From: Chthoniobacteraceae bacterium
GTDB taxonomy: Bacteria > Verrucomicrobiota > Verrucomicrobiia > Chthoniobacterales > Chthoniobacteraceae
Length of the DNA stretch: 34,359 nt
Direction of reading: 5' to 3'
Assembly: GCA_037190965.1 (NCBI GenBank)
Contig: JBBCKI010000067.1
Coordinates: 1-34,359, forward strand
Below the pieces are notes generated by a model. The model did not search any database. It saw nothing but the letters and a program-made list of their open reading frames with translations, and was not told the origin of the DNA. Shown piece by piece: positions 10,032 through 19,357 of the stretch (positions are counted from its first letter, which is position 1; every line of letters begins with the position of its first letter). Made by a program: the position numbers and the translations under genes.

Positions 10032-10106
10032 TCGCGCCAAGGACGCCAAGCTCCCCCAAGTCTTCAGAATTTTTCAACCTTGGCGGGCCTCGCGTCCTTG
10101 GCGCGA
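10032..10106. repeat. Inverted repeat built from CGCCAAG/CTTGGCG units
   Basis: Perfect 15-bp inverted repeat TCGCGCCAAGGACGC (10032-10046) / GCGTCCTTGGCGCGA (10092-10106), with ~9-10-bp periodic CCAAG units inside. Confidence 0.7.
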
Positions 10107-10144
10107 AACAAAGTCATTTCCCTTGGAAATTGTGCGGCAGCACT

Positions 10145-10285
10145 GGTAGCACGCTCGCGCCGCGAGCGCGGGTATCGGCTCCCGTTCTTTTTTTACCGAA
10201 TCCCAACAGAACCAACCCATCCTGCGGGCTGGACGCACAAAGCGGCTCTTCATCAATCCAGCGCTCGACGCGCGAGCGGGCTACC
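10145..10285. repeat. REP doublet (REPIN-like), copy 3
   Basis: GGTAGCACGCTCGCGCCGCGAGCGCGGG (10145-10172) … CCAGCGCTCGACGCGCGAGCGGGCTACC (10258-10285). Flanks and internals (GTAT..GCTCCCGT, CCCATCCTGCGGG) align with copy 1. Confidence 0.8.
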
Positions 10286-10444
10286 TCGCCGGTGGCGATA
10301 TTCATCCAGCGACCTGTCCGGGATTGCTCAGAAAATGGGTTGATTATCGTATTTTCGATAGCCATTGGGCCATGGCATAGCCTTTGCTATATCCGCGAGT
10401 CGTGAAAAGGTTCGTCTCCCCGGGGCTCCAAACCCAAAAAAGAT

Positions 10445-11353
10445 ATGGCAGCAAAAGGTTACATTTTAGATATGGACGGCGTCGTCTACCGGGAGGATCA
10501 CCTCATCGAAGGCGCCGTGAAGCTCATCGGGTTGTTTCAGGAAAAGGGGATCCCTTTTCTCTTTCTGACCAATAACTCGGCGCCGACCCCCGAAGATCTG
10601 GTCGTGAAGCTCCGCCACCTGGGGATCTCGGATCTCGGGCCGCGTCATTTTTACACCTCGGCCATGAACACCGCCGATTTCCTGAGCGCCACGCATCCGC
10701 AGCGCACCGCGTTTGTCATCGGCGAGGGAGGGCTGCTCTCGGCCCTCAAGGACGCGGGGATTCCCAACGATAGCATCCGTCCCAACTACGTGATCGTGGG
10801 GGAGGGAACCCCGACGATGGATAAGCTGAACAAGGCTCACGCTCTGATCGAAAAAGGAGCGCGTCTCGTGGCGACCAACCCCGACAACTGGTGCCCCGTT
10901 TCGGCCTCGGCAACACGCCCGGGGGCCGGAGCCACCGTGGCTTACCTGGAGGCGAGTACCGGCCAGCGGGCCTATTATCTCGGCAAACCGAATCCCTACA
11001 TGTTCGCGCGGGCGGCGCGGCGTCTGGGGAATGGCAACGCGCTCCTCTCGGAGGTGGTCATGATCGGCGATACCATGGAAACCGACATTCGCGGAGCCGT
11101 GGAAATCGGGATGCAGGCGTACCTCGTCCTCACGGGTTCCACCCGCATTGCGGACCTCCCCAACTACGTCTACCAGCCGACCCGCATCCTGGAGAGCGTT
11201 GCGGACTTGATCGAAGAGATCTCGACCGGCATTCCGAGTGACCGCGCCACCAGCCCGGCGTTCGCCAAAGGGCGTAGCGCGGGTAAACGCGGAAACCGCC
11301 ACCAGACCGACGAGGAGCGCTTTGGCAGACCGAGGCCCGCGATGACCCGGTAA
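10445..11353 (+). CDS. HAD-superfamily subfamily IIA hydrolase (NagD-like)
   Basis: Motif I ILDMDGVVY, FLTNNS, ATNPD, LGKPNP, MIGDTMETDI, VLTGST. Confidence 0.92.
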   Translation: MAAKGYILDMDGVVYREDHLIEGAVKLIGLFQEKGIPFLFLTNNSAPTPEDLVVKLRHLGISDLGPRHFYTSAMNTADFLSATHPQRTAFVIGEGGLLSALKDAGIPNDSIRPNYVIVGEGTPTMDKLNKAHALIEKGARLVATNPDNWCPVSASATRPGAGATVAYLEASTGQRAYYLGKPNPYMFARAARRLGNGNALLSEVVMIGDTMETDIRGAVEIGMQAYLVLTGSTRIADLPNYVYQPTRILESVADLIEEISTGIPSDRATSPAFAKGRSAGKRGNRHQTDEERFGRPRPAMTR

Positions 11354-11381
11354 CTGTTCGACACCATAACTGTTCGACACC
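11351..11381 (+). repeat. 15-bp perfect direct repeat upstream of alkaline phosphatase
   Basis: TAACTGTTCGACACC at 11351-11365 and 11367-11381. Confidence 0.85.
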
Positions 11382-11410
11382 GGAAGAAAGGGAACTTAGG
11401 TTTTTCTCCC

Positions 11411-12532
11411 GTGAAATCTGATTCCCTTCTCCTGGGCACGTTTCGACGGGTGAAACCCGCGGTCCTTCATGGCGTCATCGCGCTGGCATTGGCCTCTGTG
11501 GCGGCAGCCGGGGAGCCGGTCAAGAACATCATTTATCTGATCGGCGACGGGATGGGCCTCGCTCACGTTGCGGCGGCCGCCACCGTCAGTAAAACTCCGT
11601 TGAGCCTGGAGAGATGCACGGCAATCGGCTTGTCGAAAACCCATTCCGCCAGCGCGTGGGTCACCGATTCCGCCGCGGGCGGCACGGCTCTCTCCAGCGG
11701 TTACAAGACGACGAATGGCTTTATCGGAATGCACCCGGACAAGACTCCGGGAAAAACGCTGCTGGAATATGCTCGCGACAGCGGCAAGGCGATTGGCGCG
11801 GTCGTCACCTGCTCGATCACCCATGCGACGCCGGGCGCGTTCCTGGCGCACCGCGAGAGCCGTGGCAGCCAGGAAGAGATCGCCGAGGACATCGTAGCTT
11901 CGGGGGTCGACGTATTTATCGGTGGTGGCCGGAAGTTTTTCGAAGAGCGCAAGGATGGCAAAAACCTCTCCGAAGCGTTGCGGGCCAAGAATTACAAGGT
12001 CGTGTACACCATCGATGACGCGCTTCAAACGACGAGCGGCAAACTGGGAGCCCTATTGGCCCCCGATGCGCTGCCCAAGTCGATCGAAGACCGGGGAGAT
12101 GTCGCGGAAAAATCGTTGGCGGCAGCCTTGAATCTTCTGACCCAGAACCAGAAGGGATTTGTGTTGATGGTCGAGGGCTCGCAGATCGACTGGGGCGCTC
12201 ATAAAAACCATGCCGAATGGACGATTTCGGAGGTCATCGACTTCGACAAAGTCGTACGGAAAGCGATGGACTTTGCGGACGCCAACCCGGGGACGCTCGT
12301 GGTCGTGACCGCCGATCATGAAACCGGCGGAATGACGTTGCATGGCGGCAATTTCGAGAAGGGGACGGTGGAGGCGAAATTCGCCAGCGGAGGCCATACC
12401 GGCATCATGGTGCCCGTTTATGCCTACGGCGCGGGGTCGGAAAAATTTTCCGGGATTTACGAGAATACCGAGATCTTTCATAAGATGATGGGCCTGTTGC
12501 AGTTGAAGCAGGATGCCTCGGGAAGGCCATAA
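11411..12532 (+). CDS. Alkaline phosphatase (PhoA family), secreted
   Basis: Signal peptide, then KNIIYLIGDGMG, VTDSAAGGTA (catalytic Ser), THATPGAF, MVEGSQIDWGAH, VTADHETGG, GHTG. Start codon uncertain (GTG 11411 or a later GTG). Confidence 0.93.
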   Translation: MKSDSLLLGTFRRVKPAVLHGVIALALASVAAAGEPVKNIIYLIGDGMGLAHVAAAATVSKTPLSLERCTAIGLSKTHSASAWVTDSAAGGTALSSGYKTTNGFIGMHPDKTPGKTLLEYARDSGKAIGAVVTCSITHATPGAFLAHRESRGSQEEIAEDIVASGVDVFIGGGRKFFEERKDGKNLSEALRAKNYKVVYTIDDALQTTSGKLGALLAPDALPKSIEDRGDVAEKSLAAALNLLTQNQKGFVLMVEGSQIDWGAHKNHAEWTISEVIDFDKVVRKAMDFADANPGTLVVVTADHETGGMTLHGGNFEKGTVEAKFASGGHTGIMVPVYAYGAGSEKFSGIYENTEIFHKMMGLLQLKQDASGRP

Positions 12533-12606
12533 TCCTCAGAAGCAGAACTGCTTATACTTGCATAGAAACCGCTTGATTTGCGATGGGCCGCCTTTAACCT
12601 GCGGTG

Positions 12607-15513
12607 ATGCTCGAAAAGACCGTCTCTTCTGCGTCTCCCGGTAATCCCCTTCTTGCGGAGCGGGTGCGCGATTTGGCCCCCGCCGACACGTTTGTCCGCC
12701 GCCATATCGGCTCGAATGCCGAGGAAACGGCAGCCATGCTCGCCACCTTGGGCTTCGATTCGCTCGATGCCCTGGTCGAAAAGGCGGTTCCCGCCGGGAT
12801 CCGGATGAAACGGTCGCTTAACCTCCCCGAGGCGCAGGGAGAGCACGAGACGCTGGCGGAACTGCGCGCGCTCGCCGGGCGTAACGAGGTATTCCAATCC
12901 TTCATTGGCATGGGGTACTACGGCACGATCACCCCGCCGGTCATCCAGCGGAACATTCTGGAAAATCCCGGCTGGTACACCGCCTACACCCCTTACCAGG
13001 CGGAGATCGCCCAGGGGCGTCTGGAGGCGCTGCTCAATTTCCAGACGATGGTGGCCGAACTCACAGGCCTCGACATCGCCAATGCCTCCCTGCTGGACGA
13101 AGGCACCGCAGCCGCCGAGGCGATGACGATGTGCCACGGGATTCGGAAGGACGCCGAGGCGCACACCTTTTTTGTTTCCAGCAAGTGCCATCCGCAAACG
13201 ATCCGCGTGGTCGAAACCCGCGCGGAACCGCTTGGGATCCGGGTGGTGGTGGGCGACGAAACCGCCTGGGATTTCAGCGAAAAGACTTTTGCGGTTCTCC
13301 TTCAGTACCCGGCCACCGACGGCTCGGTCATCGACTACACCCGCGTGATCGAGAAGGCGCACAGCCAGAACGCCATGGCCGTTGTAGCGGCGGATCTGCT
13401 GGCATTGACGCTGCTCAAATCCCCGGGGGAACTCGGCGCGGACGTCGCGGTCGGCAGCAGCCAGCGGTTCGGTGTGCCGATGGGTTATGGCGGTCCGCAC
13501 GCCGCCTATTTCGCCACGCGTGACGCCTTCAAGCGGCACATGCCGGGACGCCTCATCGGTGTCTCCCGCGATGCTCAGGGGAACCCCGCGTGTCGTCTCG
13601 CTCTTCAGACGCGCGAACAGCACATCCGTCGCGACAAGGCGACAAGCAACATTTGCACGGCGCAGGTGCTCCTCGCCGTCATGGCCTCCATGTACGCGGT
13701 TTACCACGGTCCCGAGGGGCTGCGGCGCATCGCCCGGCGCGTGCATCTCTATGCAGGGACCCTCGCCGCAGGGCTCCGCAAGCTTGGCTGGAACGTGCCG
13801 CAGGGGCCGTTCTTCGACACCGTGCGCGTTGATCTTGGAACGACGACCTCCCAGGAAATCGTCCGCCTCGCCGAAGCCCGCCGCATCAACCTGCGCGTGC
13901 TCGACGCCCATACGGTGACGATCTCCGTCGATGAAACCACCGACGACCTCGCCGATCTTTTCGCCATTTTCAATGGCGGCAATGAGGCCGGGCTGGATTT
14001 GCCGGAGCTGGCCACCACGGTGCCCGTTGGATTTGACGACGCCTTGGAACGGACGACCGAGATCCTCACGCACCCGGTCTTCAACAAGCATCACACGGAG
14101 ACGGAGATGCTCCGGTACATCCGGCGGCTGGAGGCCCGCGATCTTTCGCTCACCACGTCGATGATCCCGCTCGGCTCATGCACGATGAAGCTCAACGCCA
14201 CCACGGAAATGATTCCCGTGACCTGGCCGGAATTCGGGAAGCTTCATCCGTTCGCGCCCAAGGAGCAGGCTCAGGGGTACGCGGAGCTTTTCCGGCAGCT
14301 TGAAGCGTGGCTCGCGGAGATCACCGGGTTTGCCGCCGTCTCGCTCCAGCCCAACGCCGGTTCAGCCGGTGAGTACGCCGGGCTCCTCGCCATTCGCGAA
14401 TACCACGCCAGCCGGGGCGAGGCGCATCGCGACATCTGTCTCATTCCGCAATCGGCGCACGGCACCAACCCCGCGAGCGCCGTCATGGCCGGGTTCAAGG
14501 TGATTCCCGTTCAGTGCATCCCCGGGGGGGACGTCGATCTTGCCGATCTTCGCGCCAAGACCGAGCAGCATCGCGATAGCCTTGCGGCGCTGATGATCAC
14601 CTATCCGAGCACTCACGGCGTCTTTGAAGAGACGATCCGCGAGGTTTGCGAGGTCGTCCACGCTGCCGGGGGGCAGGTTTACATGGACGGCGCGAACATG
14701 AACGCGCAGGTCGGCCTCACCAGCCCGGGACTGATCGGCGCGGATGTCTGCCATCTGAACCTGCACAAAACCTTCTGCATCCCTCACGGCGGCGGCGGTC
14801 CGGGGATCGGTCCCATTGGGGTGGCCGCGCATCTCGTGCCTTTCCTGCCTTCGCATCCTTTGGCTCAGACCGGCGCGGGGCCGGTGGCGTCGGCACCGTG
14901 GGGAAGTGCCTCCATTCTGGTGATCCCGTGGGCTTATATTCGCATGATGGGGCCCGAAGGGCTTGCCGAAGCTACCCGGCACGCGATTCTCAACGCCAAC
15001 TACATCGCCCGCCGTCTGGAGTCGTACTACCCGGTGCTTTACAAAGGGAAGAACGGCCTCGTCGCCCATGAGTGCATCCTTGACCTCCGCGACTTCAAGG
15101 CTCGTGCCGGGGTGGAAGTCGAAGATGCCGCCAAACGGTTGATCGACTACGGGTTCCATGCTCCCACGATGTCGTGGCCGGTCGTCGGCACCTTGATGGT
15201 GGAACCGACGGAGAGCGAATCGAAGGAAGAGCTCGACCGCTTTTGCGACGCGATGATCGGCATTCACGGCGAGATTATCGCCATTGAAGAAGGGCGGCTT
15301 GACCGCCGCGACAACCCGCTCAAGAACGCGCCGCACACCGCCAAGGTCGTCGCCGGGGACACCTGGGAACATGGATACTCGCGGGAACAGGCCGCATTCC
15401 CCGCTCCATGGACGCGCGAATCCAAGTTCTGGCCCGTTGTTGGGAGAGTTGACAACGTCTATGGCGATCGCAACCTCGTTTGTTCGTGCGTCGGGATGGA
15501 AGCGTATCAGTAG
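12607..15513 (+). CDS. gcvP: Glycine dehydrogenase (decarboxylating), glycine cleavage P protein
   Basis: [69 protein letters not shown] (PLP lysine), [13 protein letters not shown]. Confidence 0.97.
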   Translation: MLEKTVSSASPGNPLLAERVRDLAPADTFVRRHIGSNAEETAAMLATLGFDSLDALVEKAVPAGIRMKRSLNLPEAQGEHETLAELRALAGRNEVFQSFIGMGYYGTITPPVIQRNILENPGWYTAYTPYQAEIAQGRLEALLNFQTMVAELTGLDIANASLLDEGTAAAEAMTMCHGIRKDAEAHTFFVSSKCHPQTIRVVETRAEPLGIRVVVGDETAWDFSEKTFAVLLQYPATDGSVIDYTRVIEKAHSQNAMAVVAADLLALTLLKSPGELGADVAVGSSQRFGVPMGYGGPHAAYFATRDAFKRHMPGRLIGVSRDAQGNPACRLALQTREQHIRRDKATSNICTAQVLLAVMASMYAVYHGPEGLRRIARRVHLYAGTLAAGLRKLGWNVPQGPFFDTVRVDLGTTTSQEIVRLAEARRINLRVLDAHTVTISVDETTDDLADLFAIFNGGNEAGLDLPELATTVPVGFDDALERTTEILTHPVFNKHHTETEMLRYIRRLEARDLSLTTSMIPLGSCTMKLNATTEMIPVTWPEFGKLHPFAPKEQAQGYAELFRQLEAWLAEITGFAAVSLQPNAGSAGEYAGLLAIREYHASRGEAHRDICLIPQSAHGTNPASAVMAGFKVIPVQCIPGGDVDLADLRAKTEQHRDSLAALMITYPSTHGVFEETIREVCEVVHAAGGQVYMDGANMNAQVGLTSPGLIGADVCHLNLHKTFCIPHGGGGPGIGPIGVAAHLVPFLPSHPLAQTGAGPVASAPWGSASILVIPWAYIRMMGPEGLAEATRHAILNANYIARRLESYYPVLYKGKNGLVAHECILDLRDFKARAGVEVEDAAKRLIDYGFHAPTMSWPVVGTLMVEPTESESKEELDRFCDAMIGIHGEIIAIEEGRLDRRDNPLKNAPHTAKVVAGDTWEHGYSREQAAFPAPWTRESKFWPVVGRVDNVYGDRNLVCSCVGMEAYQ

Positions 15514-16264
15514 CCGCTTCCGTTTTGTCGCATTGATCTCCGCCGCCCTTATTGGCGGCGGAGCGGTACTCCGTGCGGATTCAGTGACGGACGCGATCGC
15601 CCGCGCGGAGCGGCAATCGCCTGGAGAAGCGGTGGAGACCCTTCTTGCCGCCGAGCGTGGCGCTCCCGGCCGCGCGGATCTCCTGGCCTCTCTTTCCCGG
15701 GCGTGGTCGGAGAGCGTGGATGCCCACGCGAAGAAGAAAGAAGTCAAAGCCGCCGAACGCGCCGCAAAAGCTGCCGTCGAGTCAGCGGAACGCGCGGTCA
15801 AGCTCGACCCCAAGAGTGCTTCCGCGCATCTCGCCCTCTCCATCGCCTGCGGGAAGCTGACCGATTACGTGGATAATACCACCAAAATGGCGCTTTCCCG
15901 CCGAATCCGCGACGAGGCCCGGCAGGCCCTCTCGCTCAATCCGAAGGAGGATCTCGCCCATCACATCCTGGGCCGCTGGAACTACGGTATCGCCACGCTG
16001 AACCCGATGCTCAAGCTCGCCGCACGGGTCGCTTACGGCGCTCTTCCGCCCGCGTCCATCGCTGATGCCGCCAGCCATCTCGAACGGGCCGCCGCCTTGA
16101 ATCCTCAAAGGATCATCCATCACCAGCAATTAGCCATCATCTATCAAGCGATGAAGGAGAAAGAGAAAGCCAGGCAGGAGTGGAGCAAGGTTATGGATCT
16201 TCCGGCGGTGGATAGCGAAGACGAAGCGGCCAAGAAACAGGCTCGTTCAGCCCTGGGGCTGTAG
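15461..16264 (+). CDS. Secreted helical-repeat (TPR-like) protein
   Basis: Signal-like N-terminus ([21 protein letters not shown]); TPR-like units [44 protein letters not shown]. Start uncertain (ATG 15461 overlaps gcvP by 53 bp). Confidence 0.7.
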   Translation: MAIATSFVRASGWKRISSRFRFVALISAALIGGGAVLRADSVTDAIARAERQSPGEAVETLLAAERGAPGRADLLASLSRAWSESVDAHAKKKEVKAAERAAKAAVESAERAVKLDPKSASAHLALSIACGKLTDYVDNTTKMALSRRIRDEARQALSLNPKEDLAHHILGRWNYGIATLNPMLKLAARVAYGALPPASIADAASHLERAAALNPQRIIHHQQLAIIYQAMKEKEKARQEWSKVMDLPAVDSEDEAAKKQARSALGL

Positions 16265-16281
16265 AGCGATTCAATAAATTT

Positions 16282-16410
16282 TATAGCCATTGCTTTGCGG
16301 CGGCGTAGGCCGTTGCGCGACCTTTCAAGCTCGGGCAGTATTGAAAATACAGCCGCTTCGCTTGAGAAGCCACGCACCAGCCCACGGCGCTCGCAAAATC
16401 AATGGCTATA
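16282..16410. mobile_element. 129-bp palindromic MITE-like element with TATAGC ends
   Basis: Ends TATAGCCATTG / CAATGGCTATA form a perfect 11-bp inverted repeat. Imperfect complementarity continues inward to a central GGCAGTATT-GAA-AATACAGCC hairpin. Single copy in the window, so mobility is inferred. Confidence 0.55.
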
Positions 16411-17289
16411 CTTTTCATTGAAACGCTCCAGGTTTCGAAATCCCTTTGGCGTGGTTCCTGTTCCCTCTTTGAAGGCTTTGCAAAAGTGAGCGGAATCGAC
16501 AAAGCCGCACAGCATCGCGATTTCTTTGACGGCGAGTTCCGGATTCACGAGAAGTTCCTTGGCCTTTTGCAATCGGAGATCCTGAAGAAACGAGCGGGGA
16601 GCCATTCCGTAGTGGCGGTGGAACAGTTTCGAGAAATGGGCGGACCCGAGCGAATGGTACGCGGCGACCTGGGCGATGGTCAGCGGTTGGCGCAGGTTTT
16701 CCCGAAAATAGTGCGCTGCCGATTCCACGCACCTCATCTGGCGGGCATTCAGGCAGGAGGGGGATGACTCCGCCTTTTGATCGTGATCTGTTTTCTCTGC
16801 CTGTCGCGAAACCAGGAGGAGGATGCTTTGCAGGGCCAACTGCAGACGCAGGCGCGAGAGCGGATCTTCCCTGAGATGTTCCCGCTCGATGGTCTGGAAC
16901 GTGTTGCTGATTTCGTTGAAATCGTTCGCTAGTGAGATGGGCCGGTGGGTCCACCGCGGTGGGGTAGGCGCGGTTTCAAACCCCAGCCATGCAAAGTGAC
17001 ATCTTTTGCCGGGGCGCATCTCTTCGCAATGCAGCGCGTCGGGTTTAAGTAAAATCGCCTGCCCCGCTTTCAGGGGCATTCTCCGCGTCTTTCCTAGTCT
17101 CCAATCCGCTTCGCCCGCGAGGACGATACCTAGTTCATAAAACGAATGTCGGTGCCAGTGCAGGCGTTGGGATGAAGTGGACGAGGGATTCGAACGCCAG
17201 GTGGAAACTATCAGCGTGAGCCGGGGAGGCGCTTGCAGGAATTGTATTTTATCCAATTTCAATTCGTCAGAATGACCCAAAAGTCGCAT
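16399..17289 (-). CDS. AraC family transcriptional regulator (cupin + HTH)
   Basis: N-terminal HWHRHSFYELGIVLAG cupin; C-terminal LTIAQVAAY…HFSKLFHRHYG…RLQKAKELL…VKEIAMLCGFVDSAHFCKAFK. Confidence 0.92.
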   Translation of the reverse strand: MRLLGHSDELKLDKIQFLQAPPRLTLIVSTWRSNPSSTSSQRLHWHRHSFYELGIVLAGEADWRLGKTRRMPLKAGQAILLKPDALHCEEMRPGKRCHFAWLGFETAPTPPRWTHRPISLANDFNEISNTFQTIEREHLREDPLSRLRLQLALQSILLLVSRQAEKTDHDQKAESSPSCLNARQMRCVESAAHYFRENLRQPLTIAQVAAYHSLGSAHFSKLFHRHYGMAPRSFLQDLRLQKAKELLVNPELAVKEIAMLCGFVDSAHFCKAFKEGTGTTPKGFRNLERFNEKYSH

Positions 17290-17355
17290 TTATACAATGA
17301 AAACACCACTTCGTCCAATTGACGCCCCGTCTGCCGCCGGGCAGAATCCGTGGAA

Positions 17356-19353
17356 ATGACAAAGACGATGTCAGACCTTGCATGGGGTATTCTCGGCACG
17401 GGCCGGATTGCCAAAACTTTCGCCAATGCGGTAGCCGAGTCGAAGACCGGTCGCCTGGTTGCCGTGGCTAGTCGCCAGCGGGCAACGGCAGATCAGTTTG
17501 CCGGCGACGTTGCCCCCGGCATCGCCGCTTATGGCAGCTATGAGGAATTGATTCAGGATTCCGCCGTGGAAGCCGTTTACATAAGCACTCCTCATCCCTT
17601 CCATGCCGAATGGGCAATCCGAGCCGCCCGGGCGGGTAAGCATATCCTTTGCGAAAAGCCGGTGGGTTTGAATTATGCGGAGGCGATGGCCGTGGCCCAG
17701 GCCGTTCGCGAAAATGGGGTCTTCTTCATGGAGGCTTTCATGTACCGCGCGCATCCCCAGACGGCGCGGATCATTGAGATCATTCGTTCGGGAGTATTGG
17801 GAGAGATCCATCTGATGACGGCGAGTTTCGGGTTCGGCTCGACTTACCAGGCGGAAAGCAGGCTCTACCGTCAGGATCTCGGGGGTGGTGGAATTCTCGA
17901 CGTGGGATGTTATCCAATGTCGATGGCCCGGTTGGTGGCGGGGGTTAGCGTTGGACGTCCCTTTGCCGAGCCGGTTGAACTGACGGCGATGGGAAAATTG
18001 CACGACATCGCGAAAGTGGATGAGAAGGCGGTCGCGATCCTCTCCTTTGAAAACGGTCTTCTGGCGCAAATTTCGACTAGCATTGACGCCGCGTTGGAGA
18101 ATCGCGTCTCCATCCATGGAAGCAAAGGCTCCTTGAAGGTTCCCTCTCCGTGGTTGCCCGGGCCGGTTTGCAAGCTGGAGTTGACCGTGGCCGGGAAGAC
18201 GGAGGAGATCGAGGTCGTCGCGGGGGCGTCTCTATATACGTTCGAAATCGACGCCGTCGCCGCTTATGCGCAGACGGGCGAAGCTCCCTTCATGCCGATT
18301 GAAGACACCCTCGGGAACATGGCCGCGCTGGACCGTTGGCGCAAAGCCATCGGAATGATTTACGAAAGCGAGACCGAGACGGCGATCCGGCCCGCCCTGC
18401 CTCCGCTTAGAAGCGAGGTCGCCCGCGTGATTCCAGGTTTGCACCGCGCCCTGCCCGGGTTGGACAAACCGGTTTCGCGCATGGTGATGGGGACAGTGGG
18501 GGGATGGACTATTGAGCGGCCGCATGGCTTTGCGCTCTATGACTTGTTTATGGAATATGGGGGCAACTGCTTTGACACCGCTTATGTCTATGGAGGCGGG
18601 CGCGATGAGCGTCTCTTTGGTCAATGGATGCGGCAGCGGGGTGTTCGCGAGCAAACTGTCGTCATCGCCAAGGGGGCGCATACTCCGAATTGCTACCCCG
18701 ATCAGATGGTACAGCAGTTCAATGAGAGTCTTGAGCGGATGCAGACCGATTACGCCGACATTTACATGCTGCACCGCGATAATCCCGAGGTGCCCGTCGG
18801 CGAGTTTGTGGAGGCGCTCAATGAATTGAAGCAAGCGGGGCGGGTTCGACTCTTCGGCGGCTCGAACTGGGGGCTCGATCGTATTGCGGCCGCCAATGCT
18901 TATGCGAGGGAGAAGGGGCTTGCGGGTTTCAGCGTGCTGAGTAACCAGTTCAGCCTCGCCAGAATGTGTGACCCGGTTTGGGCGGGTTGTGTCTCGTGCT
19001 CCGACCTCGAATCCCGGCAATGGCTGGAGCGCGAGCAGATGCCGCTCTTTGCCTGGTCAAGCCAGGCGCGCGGCTTCTTCGTGCGAGGCTCCGAGGCATT
19101 TACAGCCGACGCGGAACTGGTCCGGTGCTGGTACAGCAAGGACAACTTCGAGCGTCTCTGCCGCGCGCGGGAACTGGCCCGAAGCAAGGGGACCAGTCCG
19201 ATTCACATTGCGGCGGCTTATGTTTTGCAGCAGAAGTTCCCTCTATTCGCTCTCATCGGGCCGCAGAAGCTCTCGGAAATCGCTAGTTGCTTCGCCTCGT
19301 TTGACGTCGTGTTATCGTCCGAAGAAATCGCCTGGCTGAATCTGGAGGAGTAG
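17356..19353 (+). CDS. Gfo/Idh/MocA oxidoreductase fused to an aldo/keto reductase
   Basis: N-half WGILGTGRIA, HILCEKP, GGGILDVGCY; C-half FDTAYVYG, DIYMLHRD, FGGSNW, LSNQFSL, FAWSSQARG. Single continuous ORF; start could be 17350, 17356 or 17368. Confidence 0.9.
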   Translation: MTKTMSDLAWGILGTGRIAKTFANAVAESKTGRLVAVASRQRATADQFAGDVAPGIAAYGSYEELIQDSAVEAVYISTPHPFHAEWAIRAARAGKHILCEKPVGLNYAEAMAVAQAVRENGVFFMEAFMYRAHPQTARIIEIIRSGVLGEIHLMTASFGFGSTYQAESRLYRQDLGGGGILDVGCYPMSMARLVAGVSVGRPFAEPVELTAMGKLHDIAKVDEKAVAILSFENGLLAQISTSIDAALENRVSIHGSKGSLKVPSPWLPGPVCKLELTVAGKTEEIEVVAGASLYTFEIDAVAAYAQTGEAPFMPIEDTLGNMAALDRWRKAIGMIYESETETAIRPALPPLRSEVARVIPGLHRALPGLDKPVSRMVMGTVGGWTIERPHGFALYDLFMEYGGNCFDTAYVYGGGRDERLFGQWMRQRGVREQTVVIAKGAHTPNCYPDQMVQQFNESLERMQTDYADIYMLHRDNPEVPVGEFVEALNELKQAGRVRLFGGSNWGLDRIAAANAYAREKGLAGFSVLSNQFSLARMCDPVWAGCVSCSDLESRQWLEREQMPLFAWSSQARGFFVRGSEAFTADAELVRCWYSKDNFERLCRARELARSKGTSPIHIAAAYVLQQKFPLFALIGPQKLSEIASCFASFDVVLSSEEIAWLNLEE

Positions 19354-19357
19354 GGGG

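Noticed and set aside
11351..11381. Pho box upstream of alkaline phosphatase
   Set aside because: The repeat period is 16 bp rather than 11 bp and the match to CTGTCAT is weak.
12478..15843. Long minus-strand ORFs (538 aa, 493 aa) opposite gcvP
   Set aside because: Antisense shadows of gcvP with no domain signatures.
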